Assembly (NCBI GenBank): GCA_049318585.1
Contig: JBMOGB010000002.1
Coordinates: 10,560-74,559 of the forward strand
Source: Bacteroidia bacterium
GTDB lineage: Bacteria; Bacteroidota; Bacteroidia; UKL13-3
DNA length: 64,000 nucleotides
Direction of reading: 5' to 3'
The notes under the pieces were generated by a model. The model worked only from the letters and a program-made list of their open reading frames with translations, made no database searches and was not told where the DNA came from. Shown piece after piece: positions 53,433 through 62,891 of this stretch. The position numbers and the translations under genes were made by a program. Position 1 is the stretch's first letter. The number at the start of each line of letters is the position of its first letter.

Positions 53433-55421
53433 ATGAAACAGTTTAACCTAACTAATTTTATTCTATTTATCTCTTGTATTGCACTATTTACAGTTATTCA
53501 AACTTCCAATGTAAAGCAAACCAGTGGCGACAGTCAATTAACTTTATTAACGTCACAAGCTATTATTGAAAATGGGAATGTAAATTTGTCAAAATATTAT
53601 GCTCAAATCCCGCAGGATCAGTTTTCAAATGGTACTTGGAAATTCAGGTTTAATAATGTCAAGAATCAAATAGAATACATTTACCCAATTGGTAATTCAA
53701 TCATAGCAATTCCATTTGTTTTTATTGCAAATAAATTGGGAATGAATATGCTAATTCCAGAGCACGATGCTAGTTTACAATTGCTCATTGCAAGCTTGCT
53801 GGCAATGACATTGTTATTGTTAAATTTTAAACTAGCCAGGTTATTTGTAAGCGATTATTCTGCTTTATTTATAGCTTTAACTTTTACTTTTTCTACATCA
53901 TACATTAGCACTTGCGGAACCGCTTTATGGAGTTTCAATTCAGAACTTATTTTTATTGTTTTATTACTCATTGAAATAGCTAAAACAGAAATAAACAAAT
54001 CATATATTCCTAATTTTGGATTATTGGGTTTGTACCTTTTTTTGGCTTGGTTATGCAGGCCTAGTGCCATGGTTTTTATAGCCTTCTTTTTTGTTTGGAT
54101 GCTTTTAAAACAAAGAAATTTGATACTAAAAACTTTGATCAGTTTTGTAATTTTCATTGGATTTTTTATGCTATTGTCTTATAGTTGGTATGGAACATTT
54201 ATTCCTTTTTATTACAATCCGCTGATGTGGCAAAGTATGACCAAAACGGTAAGCATTTGGGAAGGCTTTTCTTTGATTCTATTTAGCCCTAATAGAGGCT
54301 TATTTGTTTACAGTCCATTTTTAATTATTTCACTTTTAGCTGTGTTTACAAAAGCAAGAAAAACCATATTGTTTAAACTATTAATAGGTTGGTTTTTGAT
54401 TTATATTCTAAGTCTTGGCAACTTAAGCAATTGGTGGGGTGGCTGGAGTTTTGGAGCAAGGCTTTGCACCGATATAATTCCTTGTTTGTTTTTACTTTTA
54501 TTATTAGGAATAAAAAATATGGATGAAGTAAAATGGAACAACAAGATAATATTACCCATTTTTATTATAACAGCATTTGTAGGTTTTATTATTAATACCG
54601 TTCAAGGAATTTATAATATAGAAACTTATAATTGGAACGATTCCCCAGCAATTGATAAAAACTATCAATTTTACAAATGGAACTGGCAATACCCTCAATT
54701 TTTGGCCAATAAAAGAAATAACGAAAACAAAAAAATAGATTTTGAAATGCATAGTTTTTATTCGAAATTTATTTTAAAAACATCCGAAAATGCTAATATC
54801 TTAATGGGTGTACCTGATGCCAATTATAGAAACATTTTAAATAATTGGAATCAACAAAAAATGTATGGAAATAGGAATTTTTTTAATTCAATAAATGACT
54901 CAATAAACAATGATACGTTTTACTTTTTCAGGCCAAGCCACGATTATGTAAGAACATTTAGCAATATTGAAGTGCTGTTTAATTCAAACATAGAAATGGC
55001 CGAGTTTTTAAGTGAAAACAGTGCTAATTTAATTATACTTACTTCAAGAGGAAATTGGAAAGGAAATATTTCGGAAAAACTTAAAAACAAACTGTTTACT
55101 TTAGGTTTAAAACTAGCCGATTTAAACAATTTTTCAAACTATTTGGCTGTAATAAATAAAGGTAAAATTATGTTTGAATTGAGCCATGAAACCAATGAAG
55201 TGAAGCAAGAATTTATAATGGATAAAGATAAATTGGAGGTTTCATCATTTACAGGTTTAGCATCTACTAAGTTGAACGGAAAAGAACTGAATATTAACTT
55301 AGACGGAATTAATATTTTGGTGTTAAATTCCAAAATGGAAATAGAAAAATTAGGTTACGTAAATTTACAATCAAACGAAAACTACATTGATTTATTTTTA
55401 TACAAGGCTGTAAAAAAGTAA
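53433..55421 (+). CDS. GT-C-like polytopic membrane protein with soluble C-terminal domain
   Basis: Start at ATG 53433 (the TTG at 53415 lies inside a TATATTTG -7 box at 53410-53417). About 12 TM segments followed by roughly 230 soluble residues. Confidence 0.6.
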   Translation: MKQFNLTNFILFISCIALFTVIQTSNVKQTSGDSQLTLLTSQAIIENGNVNLSKYYAQIPQDQFSNGTWKFRFNNVKNQIEYIYPIGNSIIAIPFVFIANKLGMNMLIPEHDASLQLLIASLLAMTLLLLNFKLARLFVSDYSALFIALTFTFSTSYISTCGTALWSFNSELIFIVLLLIEIAKTEINKSYIPNFGLLGLYLFLAWLCRPSAMVFIAFFFVWMLLKQRNLILKTLISFVIFIGFFMLLSYSWYGTFIPFYYNPLMWQSMTKTVSIWEGFSLILFSPNRGLFVYSPFLIISLLAVFTKARKTILFKLLIGWFLIYILSLGNLSNWWGGWSFGARLCTDIIPCLFLLLLLGIKNMDEVKWNNKIILPIFIITAFVGFIINTVQGIYNIETYNWNDSPAIDKNYQFYKWNWQYPQFLANKRNNENKKIDFEMHSFYSKFILKTSENANILMGVPDANYRNILNNWNQQKMYGNRNFFNSINDSINNDTFYFFRPSHDYVRTFSNIEVLFNSNIEMAEFLSENSANLIILTSRGNWKGNISEKLKNKLFTLGLKLADLNNFSNYLAVINKGKIMFELSHETNEVKQEFIMDKDKLEVSSFTGLASTKLNGKELNINLDGINILVLNSKMEIEKLGYVNLQSNENYIDLFLYKAVKK

Positions 55422-55650
55422 GAACTAAAGCACTAAAAAAATAAGTTTTTTGAATATTGATTTGTAAAAGTTTGGTTTTTTTGGTGACTATTTAAATGTG
55501 TAACTATCTGATTACATATTTATTGTTTATTAGAGAATTATTTTTGAAGATGCATATAAAAAAATTGATTTTATAATTAAAAAAAATAAACTATTGTTCA
55601 GAATAATTCTAATAGTTTCAAATTGAACAAATAAAATAAGTAAAGAAATA

Positions 55651-56589
55651 ATGAAAAAATCACAAGGGAAAAATGACCTTTTAAAAATTATAAAATTTAT
55701 TTTTGTTAACCATAAAATTTATATAAAATCTGTTCTATTTGCATTGGTTTTAGCTGTAATTGTTACATTTTTATTACCTAAAAAATTCAGATCTACTGGA
55801 ATCATATTTCCAACATATTCTAATTCATTAGAAGAAACTTATAACAACCCTATGTTTGGTTATGATGTAGAAGCAGATAGGATTTTGCAACTACTTCAAT
55901 CTCAAGAAATACAAGATAGTATTAATGCTAAATTCGATTTAGTTTCGTATTATGAATTAGATACATTAGACGAAAGATGGAGAGATGAATTAAGAAGAGA
56001 ATTTTTTGCTAATATCAATTATTCAAAAACTCCGTTCATGTCAATTGAAATATCAGCAAGAACCAAAGACCCACAGCTTTCGGCTAATATTGTTAACGCC
56101 ATTATTGGTTTAATTGACCCTATAAGAAATAGAATTTTAAAACAGAACATAATAGTAGCCCATAATTCTATTAGCAAAGAATATCATATTCAAAAAAATA
56201 ATCTTGATTCATTGGTGAATTTAATTAAAACAATGCGCGATGAATATGGAAATCCTGCAATTAGTTTACTCGCCAATCAAGAATTCAATTTTGATAATAA
56301 AAAAACGGGCAACAATACTTTATTGGAAGAAAAAATTGATAAATACTTATTACAAAAAGTAATTTATAACGATATAAAAGTAAAATACGAACGTGTAAAA
56401 ACGCAATTAGATAGGCCACTACCTGGTATTTATGTGATAAACCAAGGTGTAAAATCAAACAAAAAAATTTCACCTTCTTTCCTCATAAATATTTCAATTA
56501 TCACTATTTTAACTATCATCATAGTATCTTTGGTATTAGTTTTAAAGCTTAAACTAAAGGATTTAGATGCTTATTTAAAGAACGATTGA
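55651..56589 (+). CDS. Wzz-like polysaccharide chain-length determinant (PCP) protein
   Basis: One TM near each terminus with a long helical periplasmic region between; locus context. Confidence 0.6.
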   Translation: MKKSQGKNDLLKIIKFIFVNHKIYIKSVLFALVLAVIVTFLLPKKFRSTGIIFPTYSNSLEETYNNPMFGYDVEADRILQLLQSQEIQDSINAKFDLVSYYELDTLDERWRDELRREFFANINYSKTPFMSIEISARTKDPQLSANIVNAIIGLIDPIRNRILKQNIIVAHNSISKEYHIQKNNLDSLVNLIKTMRDEYGNPAISLLANQEFNFDNKKTGNNTLLEEKIDKYLLQKVIYNDIKVKYERVKTQLDRPLPGIYVINQGVKSNKKISPSFLINISIITILTIIIVSLVLVLKLKLKDLDAYLKND

Positions 56590-56593
56590 TGGA

Positions 56594-58027
56594 ATGAATA
56601 AAGTGATTACTTATTTAAAAAAACACCTTGTATTCTCAATAATTTTATTTTTCATTGTTGTTATTAATTTAGCCTTGCTATCTAATAACTCATTGTACAT
56701 TGCAATTACTTTTTACGGTATTTTAGGAGTAGCACTTATATTATCGTTAATTATTAATAAGGAAATATTTTTTTACATTACAATTTTCTTTATTCCTTTA
56801 TCTTTTATTTTAGAAGAAAGTGCTGGACCTTCCATTTCCTTTCCCTCCGAATTATTGGCTGTAATATTATTATTATACCTAGCCTTCAATTTTATTGTAA
56901 ATGGAAAGGTCCAAATTGCAATCTGGAAACACCCTATTACAATACTAATTTTACTTGATTTTTTATGGATGATTATTACAAGCATTGTAAGTTCAATGCC
57001 TTTGGTTTCATTTAAAAGAACACTTATAAAATTATTGTATATTAGTATTTATTATTTTTATTCAATTAGTGTTTTCAAAAAAATTGAAAATATTTCTAAG
57101 GTATTTGTTTTATATATTTTAGGTTTAATTTATCCGATCATAAGTTCATTTGTTTTTCATAATAAATACAATTTTACCATTGGTGCTGCTTATAAAATGA
57201 CACTTCCGTTTTATAACGACCACACTATTTATGGAGCTTGTTTAGCCTTTTTACTTCCATTTATTTTACTTTTTATTCTTGAAAATAAAAAATTTGCTAA
57301 ATCCTTTTGGATATTGATAATTATAGTATTTATAGTTGCTACTTTTTTATCTTATTCTAGGGCAAGTTGGTTAAGTTTAGTGTTAATCTTTTTGTTGTAT
57401 TTAGCCACCTATTTTAAAATAAAAATGAAGTTTATTGCTTTAGTCTTTGTATGCTTATCTTTAGTAGGATATTTGAGTTATAATACCATCAAAGTTGAAT
57501 TCAAAAGTAATAAATCTGTTAGCAACAAAGATATTGGTCAGCATTTAGAATCGATGGGAAATGTAAACTCAGATGCCTCCAATACGGAAAGATTAAATAG
57601 GTGGTATTGTGCTTGGCAAATGTTTTTGGATAAACCAGTTTTTGGTTTTGGACCAGGAACTTATCAGTTTAATTATGGACCTTATCAAATAAAAGAATTA
57701 GTAACCAGAATAAGTACTTATAAAGGTGATAAAGGAAATGCACACTCCGACTATTTAGGTTATTTATGTGAAACAGGATTGATAGGATTTCTCATTTATA
57801 TAAGTTTGGTTTACTCAGCTATGAAATTAGGTTTGAAAAATATATACAATAAAGAGAATCAATATAAAAATTTGTCCATGGTTTTATTGTTAAGCTTAAC
57901 TACCTTTTTTATCCATGGTTTTTTCAATAGTTTTATTGATATTGACAAAACAATGATGCTGGTTCTTTGCGCAATGGCGGGCTTAGTAGCCATTGATTTA
58001 AAGAATAAAGAACTGATAAAAACATAG
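56594..58027 (+). CDS. O-antigen ligase/polymerase family (Wzy_C-type) membrane protein
   Basis: About 12 TM segments; SYSRASWLSL loop motif; large periplasmic loop with NTERLNRW..GFGPGT. Confidence 0.78.
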   Translation: MNKVITYLKKHLVFSIILFFIVVINLALLSNNSLYIAITFYGILGVALILSLIINKEIFFYITIFFIPLSFILEESAGPSISFPSELLAVILLLYLAFNFIVNGKVQIAIWKHPITILILLDFLWMIITSIVSSMPLVSFKRTLIKLLYISIYYFYSISVFKKIENISKVFVLYILGLIYPIISSFVFHNKYNFTIGAAYKMTLPFYNDHTIYGACLAFLLPFILLFILENKKFAKSFWILIIIVFIVATFLSYSRASWLSLVLIFLLYLATYFKIKMKFIALVFVCLSLVGYLSYNTIKVEFKSNKSVSNKDIGQHLESMGNVNSDASNTERLNRWYCAWQMFLDKPVFGFGPGTYQFNYGPYQIKELVTRISTYKGDKGNAHSDYLGYLCETGLIGFLIYISLVYSAMKLGLKNIYNKENQYKNLSMVLLLSLTTFFIHGFFNSFIDIDKTMMLVLCAMAGLVAIDLKNKELIKT

Positions 58028-58056
58028 TTTTAAAAGCTAAAAAACAAACAAATTAA

Positions 58057-59922
58057 GTGAAAAAAATACTTGGCATATCAGCATTTTATCATGATTCTGC
58101 AGCAGCAATTGTTGTAGATGGTAAAGTGATAGCTGCGGCCCAAGAAGAACGTTTTACTCGAGAAAAACACACTGAGAAATTTCCAACTAATGCAATAATT
58201 TATTGCTTAAATGAAGCTGGATTTGATTTAGATGAATTAGATGCCATCGTTTTTTACGACAAACCATTTCTTAAGTTCGAACGTTTGTTGGAAACCTATT
58301 ACGCTTTTGCTCCTAAAGGTTTGGTTAGCTTTTTAACTGCAATTCCCATTTGGTTGAACGAAAAACTTTTTTTAAAAAAACGAATTTTTGATGAGCTAAA
58401 AAATGTTGGAAATTATGATAAGAAAAAAATAAAATTGTTGTTCACCGAACACCATTTAGCCCATGCTGCAAGTGCGTTTTACACTTCGCCTTTTAACACT
58501 TCTGCCATTTTAACCATTGATGGTGTTGGTGAATGGTGCACAGCCTCCATTGGATTGGGAGAAGGCAACCAAATTACATTGTTAAAAGAAATGGAGTTTC
58601 CTCACTCAGTGGGTTTATTGTACAGTGCATTTACTTATTTTTTAGGTTTTACAGTAAATTCTGGTGAGTATAAATTAATGGGCTTGGCTCCTTATGGAAA
58701 TCCTGATTTGGAAGAAACCAAAACATTTATTGAACTTATAAAAAAGCATTTGGTAAGTATAAAAGAGAATGGTTCAATATGGTTAGACCAAAATTATTTT
58801 AACTATGCTATAGGTTTAAAAATGGTCAATGAAACCAAATGGAAAACACTTTTTGGTTTTGCTCGCAGAGCACCAGAATCGGAATTAACACAACAACATT
58901 GTAACCTTGCCTTGGCTATACAAACTGTTACGGAAGAAATTGTTATAAAAATGGCTACAGAAGCTAAACGAATAACGGGTGCTGATAACATATGTTTGGC
59001 TGGAGGTGTTGCTTTAAATTGCGTTGCCAACGGCAAATTACTAAAAGAAAATATATTTAAAGAAATTTATATTCAACCTGCTGCTGGAGATGCAGGTGGA
59101 GCGCTTGGTGCGGCATTGGCTGTTTACTATTTATATTTTGGTAAAGAAAGAATTGTTAATGGGCAAACCGATGAAATGCAAGGTGCTTATTTGGGTCCTG
59201 AATACAGTGACAAAGAAATTGAGCAAATGAACAAAAAAGTGAAAGCATCATTCACTTATTATAAAAAATTCGGTGAATTGAATGAAATAATTGCTTCAAA
59301 ATTGGCTAATGGAAAAGTGATTGGTTGGTTCCAAGGCAGAATGGAATTTGGACCAAGATCACTAGGAAACAGAAGCATTTTGGCCGATGCAAGAAATATT
59401 GAAATGCAAAAAAAATTGAACTTAAAAATAAAATACAGAGAAGGATTTAGGCCCTTTGCTCCTTCGGTTTTAGCCGAAAAGACTTCCTTGTATTTTGAAC
59501 TGAATCAACCATCGCCATACATGTTATTTGTTGCACCTATAAAAAATGAATGGCGAAATAATTTGTCTGATAACTACCAACAATTATCCATTTCAGAAAA
59601 ATTATATTTAAAGAGAAGCAATTTCCAGCCCATTACTCATGTTGATTTTAGTGCTCGTGTTCAAACAGTACATAAAGAAACCAATGAACGTTACTGGGAA
59701 TTAATTAATGAATTTTACAAACAAACGGGAGTTGCAATGCTTATAAACACAAGCTTCAACGTTCGCGGGGAACCAATTGTTTGCACTCCAGTTGATGCTT
59801 ACAAATGCTTTATGAATACCGAAATGGATTACTTAGTGATTGGCAATTTTGTTTACAATAAAGTGGAACAACCCAATTGGAAAAATCAAGAAAAATGGAA
59901 GCAAGCGTATAAACTTGATTAA
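58057..59922 (+). CDS. carbamoyltransferase (NodU/CmcH/SxtI family)
   Basis: GTG start; ILGISAFYHDSAAAIVVDGKVIAAAQEERFTREKH; C-terminal TSFNVRGEPIVCTP. Confidence 0.9.
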   Translation: MKKILGISAFYHDSAAAIVVDGKVIAAAQEERFTREKHTEKFPTNAIIYCLNEAGFDLDELDAIVFYDKPFLKFERLLETYYAFAPKGLVSFLTAIPIWLNEKLFLKKRIFDELKNVGNYDKKKIKLLFTEHHLAHAASAFYTSPFNTSAILTIDGVGEWCTASIGLGEGNQITLLKEMEFPHSVGLLYSAFTYFLGFTVNSGEYKLMGLAPYGNPDLEETKTFIELIKKHLVSIKENGSIWLDQNYFNYAIGLKMVNETKWKTLFGFARRAPESELTQQHCNLALAIQTVTEEIVIKMATEAKRITGADNICLAGGVALNCVANGKLLKENIFKEIYIQPAAGDAGGALGAALAVYYLYFGKERIVNGQTDEMQGAYLGPEYSDKEIEQMNKKVKASFTYYKKFGELNEIIASKLANGKVIGWFQGRMEFGPRSLGNRSILADARNIEMQKKLNLKIKYREGFRPFAPSVLAEKTSLYFELNQPSPYMLFVAPIKNEWRNNLSDNYQQLSISEKLYLKRSNFQPITHVDFSARVQTVHKETNERYWELINEFYKQTGVAMLINTSFNVRGEPIVCTPVDAYKCFMNTEMDYLVIGNFVYNKVEQPNWKNQEKWKQAYKLD

Positions 59923-59961
59923 GGAATTTTATTATTGTACAGAAATGAAAAAATAACAAAA

Positions 59962-60114
59962 ATGATAGATTTTATAAAAGATATAACGCAATTTATGTTG
60001 GAACGAAAAAAGTTTTGGTTAGCACCCATCATTATTGTGTTATTGGTAATGGGCTTATTAATTGTATTTGGTGGTGGTAGTGCCATTGCCCCATTTATTT
60101 ATACTTTATTTTAA
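59962..60114 (+). CDS. DUF5989 (SxtK-like) small membrane protein, 50 aa
   Basis: Own translation MIDFIKDITQFMLERKKFWLAPIIIVLLVMGLLIVFGGGSAIAPFIYTLF. ERKKFWL...APFIYTLF is the family signature as I recall it. Below the ORF-track length cutoff. Confidence 0.65.
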   Translation: MIDFIKDITQFMLERKKFWLAPIIIVLLVMGLLIVFGGGSAIAPFIYTLF

Positions 60115-60117
60115 AAA

Positions 60118-60483
60118 ATGAACGAGAAAATAAATCCATATAAAACTACGCTAACTATAGTATCAGCGCTACTTATCATTTATTGGTACAACCATATAGC
60201 GTTGTTTTTGTATGTTGCTATGGTGATTGGATTAGCAGGAATTATTTCTAGTTATTTAAACAATAAAATAGCATTTTATTGGATGAAGTTAGCCGAAATG
60301 TTTGGACTTATTTTTCCTAAAATAATGCTGACCATTTTATATTTTTTTGTGTTAACTCCTTTGGCTTTATTATCAAAATTAGGAAGAAAGAAAAACTTTC
60401 TACAACTAAAAAATACACAAGACTCCCTGTTTTTGAATGTAAAAAAAACGTTTCCAAAACAAGATTTTGAAAAAATGTGGTGA
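60118..60483 (+). CDS. SxtJ-like small membrane protein
   Basis: 121 aa; 3 TM segments; fixed position after the carbamoyltransferase and DUF5989. Confidence 0.55.
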   Translation: MNEKINPYKTTLTIVSALLIIYWYNHIALFLYVAMVIGLAGIISSYLNNKIAFYWMKLAEMFGLIFPKIMLTILYFFVLTPLALLSKLGRKKNFLQLKNTQDSLFLNVKKTFPKQDFEKMW

Positions 60484-60485
60484 CC

Positions 60486-61505
60486 TTATTTTATTAAGTT
60501 ATTACTTATAAATTGAGCCAAAACACTATCTCCATTTTTGTTTAAATGAATGTCATTTTCGAAATATAACTTTTTACCAATTGATTCTGCTTTTTGGAAG
60601 GAAGCTAATGGATTTAAAACTTGAGTAGAATTAATATTCATTTTTGAGTTTAACTGGTCTATAAATGGATACAAAGTATCGTTGATAGAAGCATTTTTAA
60701 ATTGCGCTCCCATCTTTTGAAGATTCATTTGATAGTGTTCATTCACTTGGCAACTAGCAGGTATCACAACTATTTTTAAGTCAATGTTTCTTGCTTTGCA
60801 TTGTTCAGAAATATCATTAACATTTGCTGTAAAAACCTCATATCTTTCTTTAAAATCTCCAGATATATGAATTGATTTATCGTAATAAAATGGATCGGCA
60901 GCCAAAAGTAATTTTTCGCGTTTACTGAATTTATCAATAGAAAATGAATCATTATTTTTCAGTTTTGAAGTTTCAACCGATTGCCCAATGGTGCTTTTAA
61001 ATTGCCCCAATCTATAGTTAATAAACCTCCATGAATAAAGGTGATTAGACATAAACCAAAAACAATTTCTAGCAAAAGAAATATTAGACCAATTGATAGG
61101 TTTTTTGATATCAAGTAAATCGTTTCCAACATAAAACTGAACAATTACCATATCAGGATTAAACTCAGCAATTCTGTTTTTTGCAATCACATTTATTTCT
61201 TGTGCACCAATTCCTGGCATTGCCGAATTGATAAATTGAATATCAGGGAAACTATCATTTAGAATTGTTACATAATTATTCATGTTTGCAGTAAATGAAT
61301 CACCAAAAACCAACACCTTCTTTTTACTTTTTTTGTCTTTTATTGAATTATTTAAATAAGTGATTTCAGCTTTATAAAAATCAAATAGTTGGTATCGATA
61401 AACCACTTCAACCAAAAGCAAACAAACGATGAAAGTAATTACCATGATCGCCATATTTATGGCAAACTGATTGAACTTTTTTGCTTGTTTATTTGTGTTG
61501 AACAT
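60486..61505 (-). CDS. membrane-anchored SGNH/GDSL hydrolase family protein
   Basis: N-terminal TM; block I VFGDSFT; block V DIHLNKNG (DxxH). Confidence 0.7.
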   Translation of the reverse strand: MFNTNKQAKKFNQFAINMAIMVITFIVCLLLVEVVYRYQLFDFYKAEITYLNNSIKDKKSKKKVLVFGDSFTANMNNYVTILNDSFPDIQFINSAMPGIGAQEINVIAKNRIAEFNPDMVIVQFYVGNDLLDIKKPINWSNISFARNCFWFMSNHLYSWRFINYRLGQFKSTIGQSVETSKLKNNDSFSIDKFSKREKLLLAADPFYYDKSIHISGDFKERYEVFTANVNDISEQCKARNIDLKIVVIPASCQVNEHYQMNLQKMGAQFKNASINDTLYPFIDQLNSKMNINSTQVLNPLASFQKAESIGKKLYFENDIHLNKNGDSVLAQFISNNLIK

Positions 61506-61695
61506 TTAAGAATTGAAAGCCGAAATATAAATTTTCGCAAGATTTATAACTAAAAATAATTACAAAATAATTTATTACGCTAAAAACTTTATAAGCTACC
61601 AAAGAACCTTCCTTGCAATTTAGTTTCTTATAAGTTGGATAATAGTTTAAATTTATTATTATTTGTGCAAACCAAACCCATAAAATAAAGACAAT

Positions 61696-62889
61696 TTGAG
61701 TTTTTCAAAATCAAAGTTATTTTTACGTTTCTACAACATATTTGCACATAGTTCAAGTATGTTTTTGCCCAATGTAACCAATATACTTACTTCTGCTATT
61801 ATCATCAGATTACTTGTTCCAGAATGGTGGGGACAAATAACTATTTTACAACTTTACATGTATTTAGGCACACAAATTTGTGCTTGGGGAAACAGAGATT
61901 CATTGGTGAAATCGTTTAGTGAAAACCCATCCAAAAGCATGTTTTTATGGATGGAATCATTTAGTCATCGTTTGTTTTTACTATTGCCAGTATTGGCAGG
62001 AACTTATTTTATTTCTCCAGATTTTATTTCCATTCTTTATTTGTCAGGTTGGATAATTTTGCGATATTTTATGCAATCATTTGAGGCGATTATTTTATTT
62101 TCAAGGAATTTTATAGTAAGTATTTTAGCTGAAATTACGGGTTTAATAGTTACAATTTCCTCACTTGTTTTATTTAAAAATATTGTAACATTTCATGACG
62201 TATTACTTATTATAACCATGGGTTATTTTATAAAAACTGTGATACTAATTATTCATTTTAGAACATATTTCAGTTTCAACTTTTCAGTCAAACCAAACTT
62301 TAAAAAATTATTACCATTTCTTCCATTTATGATGATTGGTTTTTTGGGTGTTATGCAACAAAAATCCGATATGATTAGTATTGCTTGGTTATCGTCAAAA
62401 ATAGAAGTAGCGCAATACCAAGTTTTCAGTAGTTTTTTACTTTTTATGCAGTCAATTCCTGGTTTAATTATTGGTCCATATATCAAAAATTTATACCGAC
62501 TTTCGCCTTCTTCCTACTCAAAACTTCAACGATTTTTTACAGTAATTGGCCTAATAATTTCGCTAGTTGGTACAATAGCAATTTACTTTGCTATCAAAAT
62601 TATTTATCATTTCGATTTTCCTTTCACCATGTATTTCCTTGGTTTTTTATATGGTTTTTTTACTTACTTCTACATGCTGAAAATATACATTATGTTTAAA
62701 AATCAAAAGCAGCAACAAGTAATGATTATAAACGCAGCCACCATTTTATTGAACTTCATACTTTGTTTTATTTTTATACATATTTGGAGTTTGCAAGGCG
62801 CTATTTTAGCAAATGTGATGACTCAATTGTCAATTTATTTAGTTTACAATTATTATTTAAAAAATAATTTAGCAAAAAACTATCATTGA
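61696..62889 (+). CDS. polysaccharide flippase-like (MOP/Wzx-type) membrane protein
   Basis: About 12 TM segments; locus context; TTG start uncertain. Confidence 0.55.
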   Translation: MSFSKSKLFLRFYNIFAHSSSMFLPNVTNILTSAIIIRLLVPEWWGQITILQLYMYLGTQICAWGNRDSLVKSFSENPSKSMFLWMESFSHRLFLLLPVLAGTYFISPDFISILYLSGWIILRYFMQSFEAIILFSRNFIVSILAEITGLIVTISSLVLFKNIVTFHDVLLIITMGYFIKTVILIIHFRTYFSFNFSVKPNFKKLLPFLPFMMIGFLGVMQQKSDMISIAWLSSKIEVAQYQVFSSFLLFMQSIPGLIIGPYIKNLYRLSPSSYSKLQRFFTVIGLIISLVGTIAIYFAIKIIYHFDFPFTMYFLGFLYGFFTYFYMLKIYIMFKNQKQQQVMIINAATILLNFILCFIFIHIWSLQGAILANVMTQLSIYLVYNYYLKNNLAKNYH

Positions 62890-62891
62890 GC

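Noticed and set aside
55421-55651. Invertible promoter upstream of the Wzz-like gene (as in Bacteroides capsule loci)
   Set aside because: Only short local palindromes were found (AAACTATT/AATAGTTT, TTGTTCA/TGAACAA). No pair of 15-30-bp inverted repeats flanks a promoter-sized segment, and no recombinase gene is nearby.
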